The position numbers and the translations under genes are program-made. Positions 1-9,443 of a DNA stretch of 64,000 bases are shown here, in pieces. Every line of letters begins with the position of its first letter. Position 1 is the first letter of the stretch. The DNA lies in assembly GCA_052426225.1 (NCBI GenBank), contig JBNJNM010000012.1, positions 1,426,001 to 1,490,000 on the forward strand. Direction: 5' to 3'. Source of the stretch: Zancudomyces culisetae HAW-14-8. Taxonomy: Eukaryota > Fungi > Kickxellomycota. The notes under the pieces were generated by a model. The model was not told the origin of the DNA and ran no database searches. It saw only the letters and a list, made by a program, of their open reading frames with translations.

Positions 1-2115
1 CCGCGCCAAGCGGATAGTCACGTGGCCGTTGCTGCCCTGCATAGCCCAGCACTCGCCCAGGCTGCGCCCGCCGCCCCGCAGCAGAATGTTTGGGTTGGCT
101 GAAACGTGGCCAGTTGCCAAGCCCAGCCGCCCACGAATCCAGCCGAACAGCGACTTGGGTGTGGGTTGTTTGTACGACGGCGATGTGCGTGACTCGATAA
201 CACGTGCGCCAGCTGAATACACTGCGCTGTTTGGTTTTTTGATTTTAGGGAATTCAGCCAGTCCTGGATTTGGTTGTGGTGAGTTTGGTTGTGGTCGGTG
301 CTGAAGGTAATCCTCGACCAGTTTTTCGACATTTCTTTGACTGTTGAGCACGCCAATTCGTTCGATTCGGTCGATTTTCTCGCTGTTTATAGCTGCTTTG
401 CCTATAGCAACATCTACCTGAGCTTGCAACTGTTCAACACGGCCTTCCACTCGCTGAATTTCTGTATATATCGCTGTAAGTTTGCTGTCATCATTACTAT
501 TTACATTGTCGATTTTGGTAGGCTTAGTAGTCTCGTCTGCAGTGCTAATTTTAAACCTGTTTACTACAACATGTTTGCATTTCTCAATAATGTCTGGATT
601 TGTGTGTTGTAAATATGCTCCAATTACACATACCATCATTATTGTTACCACTAAAAACCTATTTACTCCTTTTCCTTCTCCTTTTCCTTCTACTTCTACT
701 TCTACTTCTCCTCTTCTCTTTTTCTCTTGTTCATCACCCTCTCTTGCCCTTGGGAGAATATATTCTACTATATCTCGAACTACATAATACACCATAAACA
801 CTACAAACACTATCTTTGATACTATCCATGCTATCCCTGCCACTATTGATTCCTTTAATTTTGTTTTATCTTTTTCTCTCTCTCTTTCTCTTTCTCTTTC
901 TCTTTCTATTTCTCTACCCCTTTCTTTTCTTTCTACACTCCACTGCTGTGAATAAAGTTGCCGCTGTGTTTGAATGTGCGCTGTTGGACTATACCTACCA
1001 TATCTATCTACAATCGTATCGTGATGCATCTCTTCATCGTCACTTGAAGATATTGTTACTCTTGGGTTTTCTACTTCCCTTGAACCCTCTTTATTCAATC
1101 TTTCATTCTTTTCTTCTATATAACTTTGTACTTTTTTTGATTCTGCAAATAACCGCTTTTTCAGATCCCCGTGCTCCCGCATTCCCCCTGCTCTATTTAT
1201 TTCTATCTCTGTTTCTGATCCTGTCTCCCGACCTCCTCCTCCTCCTCCTCCTCCTCCTCCTCCTCCTCCTCCTCGTTCTCCTTCCTCTACTCCCACTTTA
1301 CTGTTTCCACCACTCGTATAACTATTACTCTTCCTATTACTCGACACATACCCAACCACTCCCTTCGTATACTCTCGGTTCTTGATTCGTTTTCTACTTT
1401 CTGGCTCTCTCCTAACCCTTATTCCGTTCCCTATCACCCCTTGCTGTGGCTGCTCCCCTGATGTCTCTGCCTCCGTTTCTGCCCCCGTTCTAACCTTGAC
1501 TGTCCTACTGTCTCGCAAATCCAGTGCTTGCTCTGTTTGTCGGAACTGTTGCTGTCTCTTGCTTTCATACTCTGCCAACTCATCGTATAGTGTCATAAGC
1601 TCTGAATTAACCACTCGCGGCGTCTCCACTCCTTTATTGCCTCCATTACCATTCGTTAAACTATCTGTTTTCTGCGTTGGATATCTGCCTACTTTAGTTT
1701 CTAAATACCGTTTATATTGTCTTGTTCCTCCTAAATCTTTCTGCAACATCCCATCTAGAGATTCGCTCGATTCTGTGCTACTGAAGCTAAGCCTCCTAAT
1801 CCCATACCCCTTGATTTTCTCTGCTCCCCGTTCACGATCTCTTATTATCCCATTTTGTTCGGCCTCTACCTCGATACTTGCCCTCATTTTACTTTTGTTT
1901 TTTTTGCTCGTTAGTTGTACCAGTTGAGCTGGTTGTATTCGGACACCCCGTTTACCTGGTGTCGCCGCACCTATCCCGCTATGGTTACTCTGCGACTTGA
2001 GCAAATTGCTGAAATACATTGTAGGATTCACTTTGACTTCCGCCCCTGCGCCTTCTTCCTTTCCCCATTTCATTCCTCCTGCTACTGTGGGTTTTGTACT
2101 TTTTGAGTTCTTCAT
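1..2115 (-). CDS. SUN-domain (Sad1/UNC-84/Mps3-like) inner nuclear membrane protein, 3' end outside window
   Basis: Manual translation: ATG at 2115 (in-frame stop upstream), 705 codons open to the window edge. Low-complexity N-terminus with poly-Gly, two hydrophobic segments (AGIAWIVSKIVFVVFMVYYV; FLVVTIMMVCVIGAYL), coiled coil (LTAIYTEIQRVEGRVEQLQAQV), then SUN motifs PNSAVYSAGARVIESRTS and LGECWAMQGSNGHVTIRLAR. Confidence 0.9.
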   Translation of the reverse strand, partial: MKNSKSTKPTVAGGMKWGKEEGAGAEVKVNPTMYFSNLLKSQSNHSGIGAATPGKRGVRIQPAQLVQLTSKKNKSKMRASIEVEAEQNGIIRDRERGAEKIKGYGIRRLSFSSTESSESLDGMLQKDLGGTRQYKRYLETKVGRYPTQKTDSLTNGNGGNKGVETPRVVNSELMTLYDELAEYESKRQQQFRQTEQALDLRDSRTVKVRTGAETEAETSGEQPQQGVIGNGIRVRREPESRKRIKNREYTKGVVGYVSSNRKSNSYTSGGNSKVGVEEGERGGGGGGGGGGGGGGRETGSETEIEINRAGGMREHGDLKKRLFAESKKVQSYIEEKNERLNKEGSREVENPRVTISSSDDEEMHHDTIVDRYGRYSPTAHIQTQRQLYSQQWSVERKERGREIEREREREREREKDKTKLKESIVAGIAWIVSKIVFVVFMVYYVVRDIVEYILPRAREGDEQEKKRRGEVEVEVEGKGEGKGVNRFLVVTIMMVCVIGAYLQHTNPDIIEKCKHVVVNRFKISTADETTKPTKIDNVNSNDDSKLTAIYTEIQRVEGRVEQLQAQVDVAIGKAAINSEKIDRIERIGVLNSQRNVEKLVEDYLQHRPQPNSPQPNPGLAEFPKIKKPNSAVYSAGARVIESRTSPSYKQPTPKSLFGWIRGRLGLATGHVSANPNILLRGGGRSLGECWAMQGSNGHVTIRLAR
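1233..1274. repeat. (CCT)n microsatellite encoding poly-Gly in the SUN gene
   Basis: Perfect CCT run, read as GGA codons on the minus strand. Confidence 0.9.
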
Positions 2116-5100
2116 CCTGATGTTTTCTACTCCTCCTCCCCCTTTTATTTTTTATTTTTTATATTTTTTAAAGCCCTTTTATCTCGTCTTGGATTTTAGG
2201 CAAGTTGCGTAAATTTCGAGTAATAGATAAATGTGTTATTTTTCGCGTGTTTTTTTATTTTATTTCTTTCGTCTTGTCACTTTAGCAAACGTTTTTTTTT
2301 CTATTGTGCAAGTATGAATAGCTGTTTATTATATTTTTACTTTTTACTGCACACTTTAATCATCCTATAAATCCCAATAAATAAATTTCATCTTTTCTAT
2401 ATATTTAATTTGTTGTAAGATTGACATATAAAAAAAAATTTACTATTTTTTAAACATCACTAATAGTCGCCTGCAATAGGTAATTTACGTGACCTGAAAT
2501 GTAAACATTTCTCTTATTCATCACCATTCTTTCTCATTTACAACTTGACCTATTTTACATATTAAATAATGTCATTAATTCAGTATTGCAAATCACCAAG
2601 TTTCTCGAAAATTTTGATTAAAAAAAAAAGTATTGTAAACAATACCAACCAATTCATACCCAATAAAATCCAAACATTCATCGTCATTTCACTTTCTTTT
2701 ATTTGTATTTACCCATGAACCTGTTAATTATGACCTTTTATTTTTTTGAATTCTTTAGACTTGACTATATTTAACCTCAATACACTCAACTTTGAAACAA
2801 ATCACGTAGACTCTAAGAGTCTAAAAAATAAATAATTCCGATTTACCACAAATCAAACACACATGATTCCTGAATATATCATTGATTCTATAAGCAAATG
2901 ACACTATTCACCAAAAGAACAATGGTATACCAAAATACATACTAATACCTGTCGTGTATACTCATCAAATGTAATTTCTGATCGTGTATTAGTACAATTA
3001 CTTGTCATTGTTCTCATACATCGATTCAATAAACTACTTTTATTTGCAACTGAATATCTCTTGTATGAATAAATGAGTATCATCAAACTTTTATTAATAA
3101 AAGTAGGCTGAGTTAAAATTATTTAGTTGTACTACTGATCCATATTATCGGTCTTATAATTTCAATTTACACTAATACCCAAATGAATTATTTTTAAAAG
3201 GTTAAATAGATAAACTGGAAAAAAAATTATTTCTATTAGAATGTATAAATTCAACATTATTGTTTTTAAAATCTATTATAATGTCTGAGAGTTAGTAGTA
3301 CCCTTATTCAGCTACTGATACTCTGTTAATTGCAAACTCAATATTGAAAACAGTTTAAAAAACACATTTATAATTGAATTTTGCTTATTAAAGATAATTT
3401 ATGCTTTCACTTGCTAATTTCAAATTTGCATCTCAAGTATAATTTCACACTTGTTGTATAAAATATACTAGATACCGCAATCCTCTAAATCGCGCTATCG
3501 AATTTATTTTATTGTCAAAATACAAATTAGATACAAAGTAATATGGATAGATCAAAACAACAAAATCTAAAATATTATTATTGTAATAAATACTAAATGA
3601 TAATATTCATCTGATTAAACTTTACAGACAAGATAACTGCAGAGTTTGGAATATCATAGATGATGTTTAGTATACTCTTTACAAAGTTCAATTTACTAGA
3701 ATTGTTTGTCTTGTGAACTATTTTAAATTGCTTAAATACTTTTACAATAAAATAAAATAAAATAAAATGATTTTTACAAGTGTGATATTTAAACTTGAAC
3801 TAATAAAAAATACAAAATACAATTTATAAAAATTTAATAATATGTAAATGTTATTTAAAATATCTGCAAGCTCTAGTTTATAACGAGTATAACCTCTACA
3901 CCTATTTTATTTGGATCGCAAAGTAATTTAGATACATTAAAATAACGATCACTATTGTGCCAGTGTCGAAGTTTAAAAAATAGCCGTTAAATCATTAGTT
4001 TGGATATAGAAAGATCAGCAAATAAAATATTATCAAATACATGAATAAAAAGATACATTAGCCAATCTTAACCTTAAACTTCACACACACAAATATTAGC
4101 TAAATCTGACCAAAAATATTACGTAGTATTAATACAACTTTTGTCTGTTTAATATTAAATATATAAATAAAGCTATTATTAAAATTTAACTGCAATAAAA
4201 ATAGCCAAATATTTCTAGACTTGAATATTTCTATTCAATTCTTTAAAATTGAACTATAACGTCTACATCCTTTTTTTCTAGAGAATCAATTGTGATTCCT
4301 CAGAAATACGGCTACCAACGAGCGAATAACCAGATCAATAGTAAAATAAATTATGTTGGTAAAATTTGAATACCGAGCGATTAACATATATAATGTGAGC
4401 TGAAAACGAAAAGAAATATCTTAGCCTTTCTTGACAGAATATGCTTTACATATGCGTTTAATATACTTACTAATCCCAACTAGTACTTGATTTTAATATA
4501 ATTAGCTTTGTTTTCTTTAATATTTTAACAATAATAAAGAATAAACATTCAAATTACGACATTCAGTACTAATTGAGCGACCCGTGACCTGAATATAACA
4601 GACATAATCAGTCTATACCAAACTCAACCATCACATTAGCTGAGTAATATATCAGATAACTAATAGCATCTACTATATACTACTTATTTATCAGAAATAT
4701 TTTACAATATGTTTTTACAGAGTTTCGTATATTGAATTAATAGATATATTTTCAATCTGGTATTTGTTCGGCTAATATGATAGCTGAGTTTATAAAAGCA
4801 AATATAGTCAGTTATTCTCAGGTCAAGGATCACTTAACTAGTTCTGTTTGCCGTAATATGAATGTTTTTAATAACTTTTATTATTGTTGATATAATAATA
4901 AAACACTAAGTAAACTATCTCAATGTAGTGTTAATTTCAATTACTAAGTATGTAAAAAAACGTATATGTAAAGTATATTCTGTTAAGAAAGGCTCCCCCT
5001 GTTTATTTTCGTTGTCCACTTCGCTTTTATTCACTGATCGTTCAGATGTTCACTTTACTATTATAAATATTTAGGTATAAAATAACTACTAGTTAATTAA

Positions 5101-5129
5101 TAGTTATATTATGCTAAGGAATCGCAATT

Positions 5130-5208
5130 GATTCGCTAGCAAAAAGTATGTAGCCGTTATACTACATTATCGATTCGCTAGCAAAAAGTATGTAATGGTT
5201 ATACTACA
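5130..5208. repeat. Imperfect tandem duplication, 42-bp period, ending in ATACTACA
   Basis: gattcgctagcaaaaagtatgta...gttatactaca at 5130-5166 and 5172-5208. Confidence 0.85.
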
Positions 5209-5264
5209 ATAACAACTTGCATAGGAAATAGCAAAAAATATAAAATATAAAACTAAAAATAATA

Positions 5265-5335
5265 TGCGGTTGCCTGGAATCGAACCAAGGTCGACGCGGC
5301 CACAACGCGATGTACTGCCACTATACTACAACCGC
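5265..5335 (-). tRNA. tRNA-His(GTG), intronless
   Basis: Reverse complement GCGGTTG...TAGTATAGTGG...TCGCG-TTGTGGC-CGCGT...GGTTCGATTCC...CAACCGC-A; acceptor stem, A and B boxes present, T-runs downstream. Confidence 0.95.
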
Positions 5336-5364
5336 TTGATTTGTGACAGAATTTAATTTTTTGT

Positions 5365-5737
5365 TGTCGGTTTTACCCGACTTTACCGCCTTAACAAGTA
5401 TTTTGAAAGTTTATACTATAATCTAATAACTACCTGAAGACGGTAGGACCCAGATTCAATGGCTTAATGTGTTTATTTTTGATTATAAACTAAAGAAAAA
5501 AGATACTGAATTCAGTAGGTCAGATACTTAGCCTTATATCTGATCTCTCATATTTTAAATAAACTAACTATATTATAACTATATAAGAAACATTGATAAA
5601 ATTAATATAAAATTAATATAAAAATTAATAGAGATTTACACGGGAAAAACCTCATAGGTGAAAAACACCGTGTAAGTCTTTGCACATCACACGAAAGCAC
5701 CCGTGTGATGTACATCCTGTCGCTCATTGATGCGACA
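5365..5737 (-). mobile_element. Solo LTR-like unit A (373 bp)
   Basis: TGTCG...CGACA termini, flanking TTTGT duplication (5360-5364/5738-5742), ENE-like hairpin 5636-5675. Confidence 0.7.
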
Positions 5738-5739
5738 TT

Positions 5740-5984
5740 TGTCGTATAATTAGTAGCACCTTATTCTATGAAAACTTTTTCCCAATGGGTTTTTCCTCAT
5801 ACAACGTTTATTAGTTTATTATTAGTATATATATAGTATTTAAACAATCAGTGGCATACACCTACTGATTATTTAGTTAAGAATTGCAACAATATCATAA
5901 GGACATGGTTGCAATTGTCTTTCATAGCAGCTAATAGCTACACCACGTTGTAAACAACCAACGTGGAAAGTTAATCTTAGTACA
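5740..5984 (+). mobile_element. Solo LTR-like unit B, inverted orientation; right end uncertain
   Basis: Starts TGTCGTAT; ENE-like tatgaaaac-TTTTT-cccaatggg-TTTTT-cctcata on the plus strand (5767-5801); candidate end GTACA followed by TTTTT. Confidence 0.45.
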
Positions 5985-6070
5985 TTTTTCTACATATGAG
6001 TATAAAAATCATGTTGGAGAATCTAAATAAAAAATCATGAGTAGTTTAATAAAAATTCACTACAGTATTG

Positions 6071-6354
6071 TGTTGTAATTTTAGATTTCAGAAAATTTCT
6101 CAGGAAATTTCCGCAACTAAACCTACAAAAAGTTCTGCTAATAGAGGGGGATTGTTACTGGAATAAGTTTTACTTTATTTAACCAGTCAACCCTACCTTT
6201 TTAGCTTATATTTAATTTAGTTTTATGTATTTATTACTTCAATAAATGCAATAAAACTGGGTAAAATTACGCCCAACTCCTAAAATTTGGTGTGCAAAAC
6301 GACTAATTTTGGTCCAAAAATTAGTCTCTGATACCTTTCTGACACCCTTTGAAA
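6071..6354. mobile_element. Solo LTR-like unit C, degenerate right end
   Basis: Starts TGTTGTA; ATTG at 6067-6070 and 6355-6358; right terminus reads TGAAA rather than TGACA. Confidence 0.55.
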
Positions 6355-6356
6355 AT

Positions 6357-6758
6357 TGTGTTACGCTTCACTACCTATGTTTTTTTTTGGTTTTAGGTAG
6401 GTTTTTGCTCAAATCACAAATTTCAATTTTATAGAGTAAAATCAAGTATTTTAGAGCTAATTTGTATTTTATTTAATGAATAACTTTTAAAAATAAAAAG
6501 ATAAAACCACCAAACTTGTGGTGGGGTTACTAGTAATATACTAGTACCTGACTAGCTATTTTATTAGAACTTTATATAATAGAAACTTAAAATAAAACAA
6601 TTAAAACTGAATATTTCTCCAACATTTGAGTAATTTATTACCCAAGAACTCCCAGATTTCTTGCTCGAACACCCGAGATAACGGTGGTTATTCGGTGTTT
6701 GAGAAGCTGTATGCTGTTTATCTAATAGTTTAGCTTGGATAGAACTAAGCATACAACA
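6357..6758. mobile_element. Solo LTR-like unit D (about 400 bp)
   Basis: TGTG...GCATACAACA; internal hairpins; TSD only approximate (GTAT/GTTAT). Confidence 0.6.
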
Positions 6759-6764
6759 GTTATT

Positions 6765-7017
6765 TGTTGTGTTTGCCATGTTTAACGTCCCATTTAGTGT
6801 TTTTTACACCAAATAACACACGGGACGGGTCATTTTACTTACTTTTTACTATATGCTGCGAATTATTATATAGTACTTTGGATTTTGCAAAAGAGGACAT
6901 TTATTTAGTTAAACAAAAATTATAATTTTATACAATAAAATCTACAAAAAATCTAACTAAAAATTACAAAACACAATTAACCAATGGAAATGTTTCACCT
7001 ATTGTAGGCATACAACA
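6765..7017. mobile_element. Solo LTR-like unit E (253 bp)
   Basis: TGTTGTGT...ATACAACA; near-identical same-length copy at 7490-7742. Confidence 0.85.
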
Positions 7018-7021
7018 GTAT

Positions 7022-7482
7022 TGTTGTATAATTAAATTTTATTTATAATTATTTATTTTTTTCTTATTTATATATGTATAATATGTATCGTATAATTATT
7101 GTTATAATTATAAACTTAGTTGAAACTATTATAAACTTAATATAAACATCTGTTGTTGATCATAACTATTTATTTACTACTATAAAGCTTGTATGATAGA
7201 ATGATATTTATTTCCTTATGCAATAACTAACCCTTTAAATACTTTTCCTAGTATTATAAACATACTAATAACTAACTATTGAACTAATAATAACTAAATA
7301 TACTAAAACTGAAACAATTTAAATGAGTAATAAACTAATACTCTTGAAAAAACATCAATGAATCAGTTTCATTGAATACTAAAAAAACTAAAACTAAAAG
7401 TATATTAATAATTTAATTATTTCACTTGATGATAAACATATAATATTAGTTTATCACCAAGGGTTCATGTCACTATATGACA
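7022..7482. mobile_element. Solo LTR-like unit F (461 bp)
   Basis: TGTTGTATA...TATATGACA; GTAT on both flanks (7018-7021, 7483-7486). Confidence 0.75.
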
Positions 7483-7489
7483 GTATTTT

Positions 7490-7742
7490 TGTTGTGTGTT
7501 GCCATGTTTAACTTCCCATTTAGTGTTTTTTACACCAAATAACACACGGGACGGGTCATTTTACTTACTTTTTACTATATGCTGCGAATAATAATAGAAA
7601 ATTATGATTTTGCAAAAGAGGACATTTATTTAGTTAAACTAAAATTTCAATTTTATACAAAAAAATCTACAAAAAATCTAACTAAAAATTACAAAACACA
7701 ATTAACCAATGGAAATGTTTTGCCTATTGTAGGCATACAACA
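7490..7742. mobile_element. Solo LTR-like unit H (253 bp, same family as E)
   Basis: TGTTGTGT...ATACAACA; TTTT on both flanks. Confidence 0.85.
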
Positions 7743-7745
7743 TTT

Positions 7746-7978
7746 TGTCGTGTAGTGAAAATGCTTAAGCTCCTACTTGGTAACTTTCGCTACCAAGTAC
7801 TATACGGAACGGGTCAATTTCAATAATATATAAATTTATTATACTATTATTTATCTGTGGAAAAAGACAATTTATTAATTAATTCCATTCAAACATATTT
7901 ATACTATTCTATAAAATACATAAATATAACTAACCAATAAAATTGGGACAACTCTTCAGTATAGTTTACTATACGACA
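7746..7978. mobile_element. Solo LTR-like unit I (233 bp, diverged relative of E/H)
   Basis: Terminal inverted repeat TGTCGTGTAGTGAA / TTTACTATACGACA; shares acgggtca, aaagaca-type and taaccaat blocks with E/H. Confidence 0.8.
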
Positions 7979-7983
7979 TATTG

Positions 7984-8399
7984 TGTAATATTTAAAGTCA
8001 ATATTATTATACCCGTTATGGGTGCACAGTGTCAATACACTAGTTATTTTCTTTACGGAGGGTGTTTAGGTCCACCGTTACTACGAATAACTTAATTAGT
8101 GTAGACACTTGTTCTAAGTTAATTATTGTATATTCACTAATTTATACTCTAAAAACTATATATCTGAACTTGTATCTATATAACTATTAACCAAAAAAAT
8201 TCTCCTGTAAAAACAAAATGATAACGCGGACTTGTTATCAAGGAAGTAGGAAAAAACCCTCCTCAGGGAGAAAATCCAATCTTCCCGATAATTTAATACT
8301 AATAATAATAATAATAAAATAATAATATTATGACTAATCAAATAACTAGTTACCTATCCAATTCCTGACAAGGGGTTATCCATCAATTTCGATATGACA
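7984..8399 (-). mobile_element. Solo LTR-like unit J (416 bp)
   Basis: TGTAATAT...ATATGACA; ATTG on both flanks (7980-7983, 8400-8403); ENE-like hairpin 8242-8285. Confidence 0.8.
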
Positions 8400-8401
8400 A
8401 T

Positions 8402-8698
8402 TGTGGTAAAAATTGTTACTATGAACCTTTTTGCTTAATTGTAATTTTTACTATTCTTATACTTGTTATTGTATAAGGGTACTTTCAAAATAATATACTA
8501 GTATCTATTATGTTTAGATTTATTTATTGTAAAGGACAAAGAATTTTATAATACAGAATTAAACTTATTTAAATAAAACTAAAATATATTAAGAAATAAG
8601 TTGATAACGATTAGAACTACAACCTATCATATTCCCAAAAAACCACAAGGGGAAAAAATGGAATAGTCGGATTGTAATATCCAATAATTCATACAACA
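8402..8698 (-). mobile_element. Solo LTR-like unit K (297 bp)
   Basis: TGTGGTA...ATACAACA; GTAT right flank matches the reconstructed left flank; ENE-like hairpin 8630-8665. Confidence 0.8.
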
Positions 8699-8703
8699 GT
8701 ATT

Positions 8704-9040
8704 TGTTAAAATATGATTATATATTTATATTATCACCTTTAAACCCATTTATTTTCTAGTTTTATACAATATTATTTGATATTTTATATAAACTGTATAT
8801 ACTACTGTATTGTTATTTTTGGTTAAGAGTTATTTTTATTCAATAAGTTGTGGGCGATACTATTAACCCCCAAAATTTCCCTATAATTGTATGCTAACTA
8901 ATTACTAATTTAAACTATCCTAATTATGAAATCGTTGAACAAAAACCACGAGGGGAAAAAGGTCCAATCTAAAAATATTGATAATTATAATTTCCTAATA
9001 AATAATATAAAAATTAAGTCCATTAGTTCCACTAATGACA
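8704..9040 (-). mobile_element. Solo LTR-like unit L (337 bp)
   Basis: TGTTA...TGACA; TATT on both flanks (8700-8703, 9041-9044); ENE-like hairpin 8935-8968; related to 61187-61514. Confidence 0.8.
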
Positions 9041-9044
9041 TATT

Positions 9045-9376
9045 TGTTATCAAAAGCTCAGATTCACAGCTTTTCTTTATCAATTAGTTGGAAAATATTA
9101 TAATAATTATACTATGTACTGTTTTATTATAAGTTTTCACTATAATACTATAAGTTCCTGTGTAGAACCAACTTTATTAAAATGATATTTTTCTTTCTAG
9201 GTCTTTTAAACAACCAATTTATACAAAATTCAAATACTAATAGATAATAATTTATACTAATTAACTGCTTTTTTTACTTTCTTATCATGTCATAGAAAAA
9301 CCAATAAGATAAAAAAACTATACATGGTTCCTACAAATAAATAAACATATGCAAACATTCATGATTTGCATAAACA
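9045..9376 (-). mobile_element. Solo LTR-like unit M (332 bp, most distal)
   Basis: TGTTATC...GCATAAACA; ENE-like hairpin 9286-9327; blocks shared with units of the 61.7-63.4 kb stack; TSD not preserved. Confidence 0.7.
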
Positions 9377-9443
9377 AATACTACTTTAAATATCCTAATA
9401 AAATATACACAGACTACTTCTGTGTTTACTAATAATAAATATA

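Larger units (their letters stand above)
5342..9376. mobile_element. Stack of about 12 solo-LTR-like elements upstream of tRNA-His
   Basis: Back-to-back TGT...ACA units separated by only 2-7 bp; the first TGT is 6 bp from the tRNA 5' end; recurrent ATACAACA ends (6758, 7017, 7742, 8698); matching 4-5 bp flanking duplications for many units. Confidence 0.85.

Noticed and set aside
18-2212. Short Leu/Phe-rich plus-strand ORFs resembling membrane proteins
   Set aside because: Antisense shadows of the purine-rich SUN gene.
7148-7151. Internal ACA-TC-TGT junction splitting unit F in two
   Set aside because: The GTAT duplication flanks the whole 7022-7482 span, and its 461-bp length matches the unit 1/3/4 class.
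5342-9376. CRISPR array or integron cassette array
   Set aside because: No constant repeat, cas gene or integrase; junctions are element termini plus 4-5 bp TSDs, and the context is eukaryotic.
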